Assembly (NCBI GenBank): GCA_050084985.1
Contig: JBITNC010000001.1
Coordinates: 172,236,001 to 172,300,000 of the forward strand
Direction: 5' to 3'
Length of the DNA: 64,000 nt
From: Nageia nagi
Taxonomy: Eukaryota; Plantae; Pinophyta
Shown here: in pieces, positions 51,281 through 64,000 of the stretch
How positions within the stretch are numbered: position 1 is the stretch's first letter
Layout: every line of letters begins with the position of its first letter
Program-made: the position numbers and the translations under genes
The notes under the pieces: generated by a model
What the model was told of the DNA's origin: nothing
Database searches by the model: none
Seen by the model: only the letters and a program-made list of their open reading frames with translations

Positions 51281-54200
51281 AAATGATGTTGTTGATATTT
51301 AAGAAGGTAGTTTTTGGATTGATTTGAATATCTAAATTGTAGTTATCTTGTTATGGTTTTATTTTGAGAATGTAATCCTTTTTCTCATTTTGATGTTCGA
51401 GCAAGGAAGTTTTTTTGAGAAAATAAAATTATTTTGTATGAATAATATTTGCAAAAATTGATTGTTGTTGAACATTTGTTAAAAAATGCATTCCCTTGTG
51501 AGTATTATAGAAATTATGTTGAGTGGTAAATAAAATTGGTTGGAGTAGTTTCAAAATTAAAGCATAATTTATTTTTCAATGATTTTTGGGTTAGAATTTA
51601 TGATTGAGATACTCAACTGACCAATCAACATATGCTAAGGAGCTTGTAGTTTGGAATATGAAAAATAGTAAGGCCTATGCTTTGATTGCTACTTCGGTTA
51701 GTTAGGATGTTATCACCACATTAACTCAATTGATGATGCTTGGAGTTCATTGAGAAAGTTTAAAGATTTGTATGAATCCCATTTTGAATTAGAGTTGATC
51801 CAATTACAAGTGAAACTTTTCAACCTAGAGTTGAAGAACAATGATCCCATGGCATTGATTTCTAAAATTTGAGCGATAATGCATGACATTACCTCTATAA
51901 GAGTGAAGATTGACATTGCCCTTGTGGCCTTGATTAAGGCCCTCTTCCCTACTTATTCTAAGTGTATTGAATCTCTTCAAGCTAGGGGATATATAAAGGC
52001 CTTGAATTTTGGTACTTTGGTTGATAAGATTGTAGAAAGAGAAAAAGCATTCAAAAAAATAGTGGAACCTATGAGTGATACACTCTATGTTGCTCAAAAG
52101 GGAAAGAATCTAGCTTCAAATTCTTCTAAGGGATATAATAATAAACATGGTCATGGAAGGAATAACAAAGGTAGGGGGTGGTCAAGGTGACAAAGGAGAA
52201 TGATCCAATCTTTAATATACTCAAAGAAATAAGAAAGGCCATTATGCCATCACTTTTTTAACACCATGGGATAAAATCCATGAAATACAAGAGCATAAGG
52301 ATGATAAGAGTAAATCTTCTAGTTCTACTCATTTTTTAACTATCGAGTGTAATTGTTAGAGTTACTAATTTGATGAATACTTCTTTTGCATGGTTACTTG
52401 ACATTGCTAAAACTTGTTACATGAGTTTTAGAAAAGATTTTTTTGAAGAGTTAACTAAAAACATTGATAGCGAAATATACTTTCCTGATAGATCTATCAT
52501 AAATCATTCAAGGATTGGTTCCATTTGACTTAAGTTATTGGGTTTTTTAGATTTTGTTCTACGTGATTTTCTATCTTCTAGACTTGAGAAGGAACTTGCT
52601 TTTTGATCTTGTTCTCATTCGTCAATTAGGATATTCCATTCATATGTTTGATGGAAAGGTAGAGATACAAAGATCATTGGAAAATCAGATTATGATTATT
52701 GGCGTGGAAAATGAAAAGTTACCTAATCTCAAATGGTTTTTTGTCCATTCAAAGAATTTACATTTCTTGCCCATCAAGATAAAGGTACTCTTCCTTCTAC
52801 TATTTTGTGGCATGCTCATTTTGGGTATCTAAATTATCATGATTTTTTTTTTATTAAATAAGCATGGTGTTAATGGTTTCCAACAATTCCTAAGAACATA
52901 GAACCTTATGAAGCTTGTATCTTAGGTAAGCACCACAAGAAATTGTTTGTTGATTCTAAATGGAGAACTAGTAGAAAAATTAAACTATCCATTTTGATTT
53001 GTATGGTCCATTTCTTGTAGCTTTTGATACTATAAAAAAATACATCATGATCTTCATTGATGATTATTCTAGGATGTGTTAGTTTATATGTTGAAACATA
53101 AGTTTGATGCCCTTTACAAGTTTAAAGAGTTTCTTATTAGCATAGAAAAAGAAGCAAATGCTCGAATTGACACCTTCCATTTTGATAATAGGGGGAATAT
53201 ACTTCCAATAACTTAAAAACCTATCTTAGTCAACATGTAATTAAATATCAAACCATTGTACCTTATAAACAAAAAAAATGGTATTGTTGAATGCATGAAT
53301 ATAAATCTTTTGAATATAGCCTGTGCAATTTTATTTTTTGAAATGTGAAGTTGATGTGTTGGGATGATGAAATATATTTGAGAAAAAAATATCTTGTTCA
53401 TTCTCTCAAAAATAAAACTCCATTTGAAATATGGTTTGGTCATGTTCCTTCAGTTCGACACCTCAGGATATTCGGTTCCACCTGTTATGCCTTAATACTA
53501 AAGGAAAAATACAACAAAATTTATGCCAAGAGTCATAAATGCATTTTCTTGGGGTACTTCGATACTATCAAGGGATATAAAATATTTTAAAAGGTAAACA
53601 AGAAGTTTCACTTTGCAAGAGATATGATTTTTATTAAATGTTCCAAGAGTGATAATGTTGTTGAGTAGTAGCTTGATCATATTGATCGATTTACCCATGG
53701 TAAGGGTTGGTTATTTTGAGGCTAACTATGAGATTATAAATATTGAGGGGGAAATACTTATATTGTATCAACATTTGAAATATACATTTCTTGTTCTTGA
53801 AGAAAAAACATCCTCTTTTGAGATTCTTCCACTCCATCACTATCAATACTAGGAAGCTAGTTGGATGATGTGATTGGTAGTTTGAGTATTTGTATGAATG
53901 AAACACCTTATTAGTCATGTAAGCAACCTTGAACTTCACATGATATTTTAAAATGGTCCTAAAAAATACTTGAAGTGTTCATATTAATGAAGTGGGAAAA
54001 GTGATAACTAGAACTTCTTATCGAGAGAGACAAGAAAATTGAATAATAGGAGATTCAATTTTAGGTGGTGTTAATATTGATGATGTTTCATATGATTTTG
54101 TGCAATATTATTTTGATTGTGAATTTAAGTTTTCTATTAATTTTAAGCCAACTTACTTTAAAGAATCTTTTTCTCATGATGAATGGAAAGATGTAATGAA

Positions 54201-57200
54201 AAAAATGTATGATACTTGTATCAAGAATGGAACTTGGAAGTTGGTAGATTCTCCATATGGAACCCAAAAAATTGGTTGCCAGTGGGTCTGCAAGAAAAAG
54301 TACAAATCAAATGAATCATTTGAAAAACATAATATGAGGCTTGTAGCAAAGGGCTTTATGCAAAAAGAAAATATTGACTATGATGAGACATTTAATCCTA
54401 CAACCAAGTGGGAAACCATTCATTGTTTATTGGCTATGTCAACTCATTATGGGGGGAGAGTACATCAAATGGAGGTGAAAAAATATTCATAAATAGTGAT
54501 CTAAAAGAGAATGTGAATATGACACAACCAAAAGGATTTGCAGTAAAGGGATAAAAACATAAGTTATGTAAACTCATCAAGTCATTGTATGGCGTAAAGC
54601 TTGTGCATGGTACAAATTTAAGCTTACCAAGCATATTTTGGAAATAAATTTAAAGAATTTCATTATTGATGATGCAAATTTTTTTGTCAATAAAGGTGAA
54701 AAAATTATTGTGTATCTTATTGTGTATGTCAATGAACTTTTGATAATAGGGAATAATGAAAGGTTTATTACTTATGTGAAGCAAGATTTGAAGAGAGATT
54801 TTGAAATGACATATATATGGTATATTCATTATTACTTGGGGGTTGAAGTGAATCAAATATCAAGGTATATATTCATTTCCCAAAGAAAATACTTTCCACT
54901 CTAATGGAATAAAATTTGAAGTTGAAATCAATCAAAGGGAATCAATTTGAGGATGCTACTACATATAGGTAGCTTATTTGAAGTATCATTTATTTGACCA
55001 CAACTCAATCCAATATTTTATTTGTGGTTGGAATTATTTCTTAGTTTATGCATAAACCATGTGAAGGATTTTGGGCAACAATGAAAGAGTTTTTTCGATA
55101 TTTGAAGGGTACATAATATTTTGGACTCAAATATAATAAAATGTGAGACTTCAAATTGATTGGGTATTTTGATTTATACTTTGATGGTGATAAGGAGAAT
55201 GAAGTTTCAACTTTAGATTTTTTGTGAGTCTTGGATCAACAACTATTTCCTGGAGATTACAAAAATAATATATTCCAATAGATTCTACTACAAAAGTAGA
55301 GTATATGCTTACTACAAGTGCAAGAAAGGAAATTATAAATACTAAAAGATTTATAAGAGAACCAAGTAAATCCAACTCCACTTCTACTTGATAATACTTT
55401 TGCAATACAATTAGCCAAGAATCCTAAGTCCTATGATCGAACAAAAATATCAACATGTAGTATCATTTGATTCAACATCATATAGAGGTAAAGATAATCT
55501 ATTTACAATATTGTTCTACTAATGAAAAAACTTCAAACATCTTCACCAAAGCTCTTAGATGAGAGAAGTTTAAGAAGTTTAGAAAGATGCTTGGACTTAC
55601 AAATACCCCTTCAAATTAAGGTGGGGAATGCTAAAATGCATAATATAAAGGTTACTTATTTGTAAGTAGCCTAAACTTAGAATATTGGATTTAGGATAAT
55701 TAGTAAATATTTAATAAATTTTAATTTTGTAACTGGAGAATTAGTTCTACAACTGCACTTAAGTATGTATTTATTCTTCCTTTAAATGGAGATAACCACT
55801 TTTGTTGGATTTGGAGTTCATGATTATCCATATGTTCACAATTTCTACCTATTTTATGAAGTACTTAGTTGTATCCAATATGAACCTCTTATGTCCTTTT
55901 CTTGATTTAGGATTTATGAATCCTACCAAGTCTATTTCCCATATAGAGAATGTCCAAGGTGATACTATTATACTAAGTGCTTGAGATGGAGCTAGTATTA
56001 AGTTTGCATGTCTTTGGAATTTCTCATATTTTATTATATAAATAATACAATATTTTTCATATATGGCTAGTAATAACCCAATATTAAGAGCTTATGATAG
56101 ATGGTATTACCATTGAAGTGACCTCCACTTTGTTCCTCATTAACTTGCTCCATTACTTTATGAGTCTCTTCTTTTATCAAGCATCTAAGCAATGTACCTT
56201 CAAAAGATATTTTGTAAATAAAATAACCAATGAGAACATACCTTATTATCACCTTATTAAGGATTTTATTTTGAAATTTACTTTTGTATTTTGTAGGAAT
56301 GATACCATATTTGAGGAAAGCATAAATATCTTTGTACCATGAATCTATAGGTAAGATAAAACATGCATACTTAGTTTTCAAATGAAATTAATTATAAAAC
56401 TTATCATACACATAAGAAGGTTTTATAAAGCTATTGATTTTAATTAGATTTTTCTCATATTAAATAGGAATTAGATTTAATGATATTACATTAGCCATTG
56501 CATCTGCAAATCTATTACTATTCATTGGAATATTTTTTCAATTGGACATTATCAAAGCATCTTATGATTAAAATTATCATTAAATTCTTTTAAGGTTATA
56601 ATTTCTTATCCTTTTTATTATATAACACATTGATTTGATTTATGATCAATTGAGAAACACCAAATACTTGAAAATTTGTAATGTTGAGTTTAATAATTAC
56701 CTTTAATTCAAGAATGAGAGCCTCATACTCAACCATATTGTTTGTGAAATCAAAATTGAGATTGTATGCCATAGGAATAAGTCCAACTTGAGGAGAAACC
56801 AAAAAATGCATGATCTAAGTCCTTTGATAAATTTCAAGCAATCGAAGTAAAGAGTCCATTTGCATTATTCATTTTCTTCATCCATACCCACAAGTTCATT
56901 ATGAAATTGTTCATGATATGGAATAGAGTCTTCACATGGAGCTTTAGCTAAGATATCAAAAATATATTAAAATTTATTTTATTTTTGATGCATGAAGAAA
57001 AGGTAAAATTATTGTAGTTTCATTATCCCTTTTGATTGCTTTCCTTGCAATTGAGGTTTAGAAAAAAAATATCTAAAAGGATTATCTTGAGTTACCATAA
57101 ATGTTGTGTTAGTGATCATATGATGTATCAAATTTATAATATCATAAATAATGTCATAACATAGTGTTTATATGGTAATGTATTCCTTCTCATGCTCTTG

Positions 57201-60200
57201 TAAGTTTTTATATAATTAACATACTATTTCTTTTCCTTATTCATTTTTTGGAACTAATACTATCCCTAAGGCATGATTTATGGCTAGGACATATAAATAT
57301 AAAGGTTTTATATGATCAACAAGAGAAAAAATAGGAGGATTGAGTAAGTACCTTTTTATGTTATCAAATTCATTTTGGTAGTATTTTTCCTAAATATATT
57401 TAGTATCCATTTTGAGAAAATGGGAGAAAGGTGTAATGTTGTTTGCTAATTGAGCTATGAGTCTTCTTATAAATTGCAATTTACCTTGAAAACCTATGAT
57501 TTTATTGAGGTTATTTGGAGTATGAATGTCCATTATATATTTTACCTTTTTCTATTCCACTTTAATCCCTCTTCTTGAAATAATGATAGCTAGCAATTTT
57601 CTACTTGAGATCCTAAAAACATACTTCTTTGAATTAAGCTTGAGATTATATTTCCTCATTATTTTGAGTATTGAACTTAAATATTCCAAGTAATCTTCCT
57701 TTTTATGATATTTAGCAAGGATTTAATCAACATATACCTATACTAATTTATTAATTTGATCATGGAACATGGTAACCATGGATCTTTGATATGTTGCTCT
57801 TGCATTCAAGATACCAAAGGGCATGATCATAGAGCAAAATGTTCCCTAAGGAGTTGTTAATATCATGTTGTACTAATATTATAGATTAATTATGATCTAA
57901 TTATATCCTAATATATCATACATAAAAGGGAGAATTGTATGCACCATTATAGATTCTACAATCATATCAATATGTGGAAGTGGAAAATTATCCTTTGGGC
58001 ATGCTTTGTTGATGTATCTAAAGTTTGTACAACATATCACCTTTTCATTTGAATTTATTATTAGAAATATATTTAAAAACCAAGGTGAGTAATCAATAGG
58101 CTCAATTAACCATGTTTTAAGGTACTTATCAATTTCCTTTTTGATCAAGAGTGAATATTTAGGATTGATAGGCCTTCTCTTTTGTTGAACTAGTTTAACA
58201 TCCATATGTATTACCAAATTGTCCATCACAAAGGTATGATAAAGACCATTCATATTTTCCTAATACCAAGAAAAAATGTATCCAAATTCCTTGAGAAAGT
58301 TTTGGTACATATTCCTCTAATCTTTTGTGAACCAAGATCCTATATTGATTAATTTTGGTCCTATTTTGGAGCCAATGTTAATATCTATGAGAGCTTCATT
58401 TATACATGTCATTTAATCATTCAATTGATGTGGAATTAGTAATTACTCAACCTTGTTATAACATTAGAACAAACATGTCATAATAATTACAACTCACACC
58501 CCCTCCTAACTACCTAGCCTTACTCCTACTAATATTAATGAAATAGAAAAGTGAGCTAGTGTAGTAGGGGAGAACCTTATATATGTATTCAACCTCTTAT
58601 CCAAAATATTCATAAGTTTAGATACACTTATTACCTTACCTTTTTGGGTGGTACTTGATAAAATTTGGCCTTGCACTAGTGTATCCAAAATTGTATTATA
58701 TTTTTGAAATATATCAATTGAAGAAGGGGTTGAGGGGTGAAGCAAGGGTTAATAGGAATCATAATCTACCAAACTAGTGCTAATATTTTGTTAGTATGTA
58801 AGATGATATCACATAGACATGCCTCTTATACCTTCAAGATACTTTATTTTAAGACTCAATAATTTTTGATAATTCGACCATTCCTATGAATAACTCATAT
58901 GATTCTGAACCACTTTCATCTGGCACTATCTCATTATTGTATGTATCATCACTTGACCTGATATTCTTAAATTCATTTGTACTCTTTATTTTTATGCTCT
59001 TCCTATATTCTTTGGCACTAAATAATGACTTATGAAGCTCTTTTATTTCTTAATGTTTCTTTCCTAAACCTTTTCCTCCATACTTCCTTGACATGAAATA
59101 TTTAGGAATCATAAGAGGATGATAATTCATATTCTTGAGTTTTTTTCTTACTTGGGCATAAATATTGGATTTCTTCTTACTAACCTGTTGTTCCTCTTCT
59201 TTAATTTCTTCCTCACCTTAAGAATAAATGGTGTTGTAGAGAAATTTCTTTTCTTCCTCAACTTGCTTATAACTTTTTATTATTTCACATTAAGGGTAAA
59301 CATAGTAGTGATGATGCTTATCTTCCTTAAGAAGTGAACATGAACATTGGTGTTGGCATGAATATTGGGATTTTGAGCTCTTTTGAGATCACCCATAATT
59401 TTTGGTGTTTGTCATGATATCTACCTCCTTGAAATGATATTTTCCAAATATTCTTATTCTTTTCCTAGATCCTCTTTTTCATTAAAGGGAACAAATGTAC
59501 TTCAATTCTTCCTATCACGCCTTAGGATCATTTTCTTCCTTAATAATATACTTCTATCCTTTGTGATCAAACTAAAATTGTCCTCATCTCATGAATCCAA
59601 GGTCTTCCAAGGAGGATGTTAAATGGGAGCTTTTTATCAATTAAATAAGTCTTTATTTCTATTATCTCCAACCTCAACTAAATAGGTATACTAATCAAAG
59701 TTTGTCTATAAATAAATATATATCAATTAAGTATTTGAACAATTATTTATCATGTAAAGAAAATATTGAATAATGCACATATATTCAAACAAAAAAAGAA
59801 TATTCCCAAGGACAATTGACCATAATCATTCACACTCACCCAATAAAAATAAAGTATTTAAACAAAATTCTAAAACTAGATCAAGCATAATATGATGATG
59901 TTTGTTAAAACCTACAAATAATAACTAGCAATAAACTAAAATTTCATAATAGTTTCTCCTAAAATCTTATATAAAATACTCCATAATTATTTCTTCCATA
60001 ATTTTACCAAAATTTAATGAATGATATGAACCCTAATGGTCAAGGATAATGACATTGATTCAACCCATTTTGTAAAATACCTAGTTGTATTAATAATAAA
60101 TTTATTATTATTAAATGAAATAAGATTTATCTTACCAATTAGATTAAGACCTTATATACAAATCAATCAAGAAAAAAAAATTATAAACCTTTATAAGTTG

Positions 60201-60770
60201 TATGAATGAGATTGACATGGTGTTGATATTGATAATATTTTTTATACAATTACTATAATCCATTTTTTAAAGTAGGTTAGAGATGACCTTTACAATTTAC
60301 CTTTTTGACAATAATAAAACCATTGAAATGTCCTTCATGAATCAACATGAACCTATAATATTTATTTTGTGGACTCTTATTCATTTAAGAAATATAATAA
60401 AATTATTTAAAATATCTATGCTAAAGTAAGCCTTATATGATAAATCGCAAGCTATTTTCTAATGTAGTGATTAACTTTTGAAAAAGTTTGATGAAATAAT
60501 AATAGAATTGAAACAATAAAATATGATTATAAACCATGATTCTTATATTAGTTATCCTTAGTGTTAAAAATGTATAAAGGTTCAAGATTTCATAATTCAA
60601 TAGCTTGATTTCTAAGTTATTTGATTTTAGTCAAGCTTGGTCATATTCTAATTATAAAGGTATCTATGTAGTTAAAATTATAATATTTGTATTATGATTA
60701 ATAATTTATAAAATTTAAATTTATCAAAAAAATATATAATTGTTAGCTTTTAACTATAAAATTAAATAGT

Positions 60771-61480
60771 TTATTTTGAAAAACTTAGGAACTTGAATAA
60801 GAACTGAAATGCCAAACATGACAACAATAAGTAATCTAGCCACACAAAGGAGAAGAGATAATATTTTCATGTGGTTAACTCAATGTGAGCTACATCCAAC
60901 AAGAAGCTATCAATCCTTAATTCAACATCAATCAGCCAAGTCATACAAGAGTCACACAAGAAGAATAACCTTACCACAACCACTCTTTTATAAGATAATA
61001 GAGCCTCACTACAAAATCTCTCTCAACCTCCCACACAAGAACATAAAAATAATACTACAATTCTCAAAACTATCCTACAACTATTACATAGACCTCAATT
61101 CAAACACACTTATTTATACTTGGAAAATTAACTCAAATTTAACCAAAAATGGTCAAGGAGTTTGATAAGTAACCCCCCATGCCTTGTGTAATCTCCAACT
61201 AAGCATTAATTATAAGATCAAGCATGAATTGACTATCCAAATATGGAGTTTAATGCTCTCTATTTCACAATTGATACATTGTAGAACAACTTTTGATAGC
61301 TAACTGAATGAGACATGATAAGCTATCAAGTAATGTTTCCACTACCATCCAATGCTTGATTGGTACACCAACTACTACTAACTAATTGACCAGTTGATCA
61401 AACTACTAACCTGTATATAGGTTGAAAATTAAGATATAAATCCAAATAATTTGGCAAAATCAGGCTCCAAAAACCCAACA
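60771..61480 (-). mobile_element. Probable solo LTR
   Basis: Minus strand begins TGTTGGGTTTTTGGAGCC; TATAAATA on the minus strand at ~61111; near-matching flanks ATAGT/ATAAT. Confidence 0.55.
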
Positions 61481-64000
61481 ATAATTTTATCCATAATATC
61501 TTCGTAAGGACTATGTCTATTATATTTAGTTTGGTAAGTTCATTTAACTTGATTAACTAGTACTTGATAATTCCCAATTGTTTTGTTTGACATAACACAT
61601 AAGGATTTTATAGCTTGAAACTTTGAAGTTAAACCTTCCACTCAATAATATAATATCCTAAAAATTAAATCTTAAATTAATATCCAAGAGGATATGTTAC
61701 TTGTGGGGTGTTTGTAAAGAATCCCAAATTTCACTCTAAGTTTTTTTTTTATACATAGGAAAGTAAGCATTCTTAATCCAATAAGATCTATGCTAAATGG
61801 TTTTGAATTTTACTAAGTTGGATCTCAAACTTACTAACTTCCAATAGTTGAAATGGATTACTATCTATGCAGCTTTCATTTCTTATTTGTTGAAATGTTC
61901 AACAGTTTGGGTTAAATACCCCTCTAATGCTATTGTTATGACTTATTCAAATTTTCTCAATAAATTTAATATTTTTAACCATATTCAATAATATAAGTTC
62001 CTCTCTTATTACTTTTCCATGTCACACATTATTATTAATTAGTTCAATTCATCTTTGAGACTTATCTTTATAGTTTGCAACTCTACTTGTATTCATGCAT
62101 ATGATAGTTGGATTGTATGTTTCCAACTAATTATGATATTGTTAATTCACATTAATGGTTATAATTGTACATATTTCCATTTATGTAAAAGCCTCAATTT
62201 AGATAACCTTTATTTTCTTTATGAATATATTATTTTAATGCATTCAAGTTTACAATCATGATATAAGAAGAATTATCTTCTACAAACATATCCATGAATG
62301 AACCTTATTTTGCAAATCAAAATTTTGTTAATAGTTTAATCTTATGCATAACAAAAATATACAACTAACCATTCATACATTATTTGGGTCATACATATAA
62401 CATGAAAATCTTATTTCTCATTCTAGATTTATGTACATTCAAGTTGTTCATCACTATCCAAAATTATCATTTCAAGAGTTTCATTATATTTGCTTTCATA
62501 TATAAGATAGAATTCAGATTTCCACATAAAATATAAATGCAATATGTTAACATTATTTCCCCAAAAGGGTCATATCATATTGTCATTCAAAATTATTAAC
62601 AAAATATAATACACTACATCTTTTCCCAAAATAGATCACATATTGTCATGTTAGAAATCATAGATTCATCCCACTACAAATCTTCTTTTAGTTACGACCA
62701 ATAAATAGATAAATTTTATTTTTGGATAACTAATAACAAACTTTACAATGGAAGTGTCCATTAGCTTTTCAAACAATGTTGAAATCCAAGAATTTAAAAA
62801 TCATTTTTCAAATGATAATGATAAAATATCATATCTTTATTTTACCATCCAAAGAATAGATTAAATCTAATTACTAAGCTTAAGGGTTGAGTTAATATTG
62901 TCATTGTGACCACCAATGTGGTATCCAAATGAAAATGATGATATAAGATATTCATTTTTTCATCATCACCCCCCAAGATTTTAGGATCACTCCCATGCAT
63001 AAACACATAATAGTCATATTTTCATACCCATAACCTCTATATGACTCAACCACAAGTATTAGTTGAATTAATGCAATAATATGCACAATTTGTTATTAAA
63101 TAAATATCTAGGAATGAACAATTCATATCTACCCATGCATTGTATGAGTTTCTATCAAATCATTAGAAAATCATCAACACTCCAATATACCTAGTCATAT
63201 AGTATGCAACTAGAAGGTAAATCTAAATCATGTTTTAGTTCTTAAAGGTAGTCCTACATGAATAGAATCATGATTTTTAGCATTATAAAATGTATAAATA
63301 TGTCTTTATGCAAAAGCAATTATAACTATTATGCAAGTATCAACCATGGTGTGTAATACTTATATGCAATTTGTTACTACTTACAAATTTTTACTTGGTC
63401 ATGCAACAATGAATACAAATAGGAATGTATTAACTCTTTCTAACCTCATGTAGTGCCTCTTATAAAATATGGTATGCATCACCATTTATGATTTATATTT
63501 TTCTAGATTTTAGTTTATCTTTTTGGAAAATTTATAAATTCTAGTAATGCATGAACCTATATAGCCATCTTCATCATTTTATTGTATTTAACTACTCACT
63601 AAGAGTTGGTTACCACTTATATGATTTCACGATTTCAACTACACATGTAATAATACATATGTGGTCTGAGAAAATAAATTTATACCATGCAAGAGATAAC
63701 TAATTTCATGTGTTCAACACTCCATCATACACAAGTATGCATGTACAAACAGTAATAAGCTAGTGTGCATTAACAATTTTTTAATAGTTTGTATGTAATA
63801 TCTTATGCATGATTTAGTGTTTTCTACTAGTGGATCTACTATTAGTTTCTATTTTATGCATGATTTCATCTTCTTGGTATGTGCACTTTACTACAATGTA
63901 TGTAATAGTCCAATATTCTTCAATAATTGAGCAAGATGTCCTATGTACATTTTTTTGAACATTTTTATTACTATTGCCTATTTCTTATACCAACAAGTAT

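Larger units (their letters stand above)
46890..55840 (+). mobile_element. Old Ty1/copia element with short (~212 bp) LTRs inserted into the gypsy integrase
   Basis: 5' LTR = 46890-46977 + 49982-50107; PBS TGGTATCAAAGC 50109-50120; decayed gag-pol ~51510-55620 (e.g. KNGTWKLV, RLVAKGF); PPT then 3' LTR 55629-55840; degenerate TSD (TCATC/ATTTC). Confidence 0.85.
35567..59640 (-). mobile_element. Old Ty3/gypsy Tat-lineage retrotransposon (RT, RNase H, additional RNase H, integrase, probable 3' LTR), interrupted by nested elements
   Basis: RT ORF 57897-58253 (INKACPKDNFPLPHID); second RNase H 56596-56811 (TNNMVEYEALI); integrase H2C2 region 56067-56381, core split at 46889/55841; PPT AAAAGGGGGAA at 36346-36356 then probable LTR 35567-36344. 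Assignment of that LTR and the 5' limit are inferred. Confidence 0.7.

Noticed and set aside
61481-64000. Decayed, possibly coding AT-rich sequence at the window end
   Set aside because: Probably an old transposon, but no motif could be assigned with confidence.

Overview
Eukaryotic, very AT-rich plant nuclear DNA. The old CG/CHG-depleted repeat landscape suggests a gymnosperm (conifer), though that is an inference. The only intact protein gene is an intronless, GC-rich U2AF large subunit (U2AF65) CDS at 15524-17152. It is preceded by a triplicated G-box+TATA module and sits in a low-repeat genic island (~5.9-19.7 kb) that also holds an orphan telo-box promoter/first exon and non-coding exon-like segments. 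The rest is transposon debris: a full-length young Ty1/copia element (36542-45089; 489-bp LTRs, AATAA TSD) with a 2.8-kb leader containing a ~450-nt highly structured segment; an old Tat-type Ty3/gypsy carrying a nested copia>Helitron>SINE stack; two L1 LINE 3' ends with the same extra ORF between RNase H and the poly(A) tail; three RTE-X-like LINEs; CACTA ends, including one element carrying a PPR fragment; SINEs; and a solo LTR. All alignments and translations outside the ORF track were done by eye, so boundaries of decayed elements are approximate.
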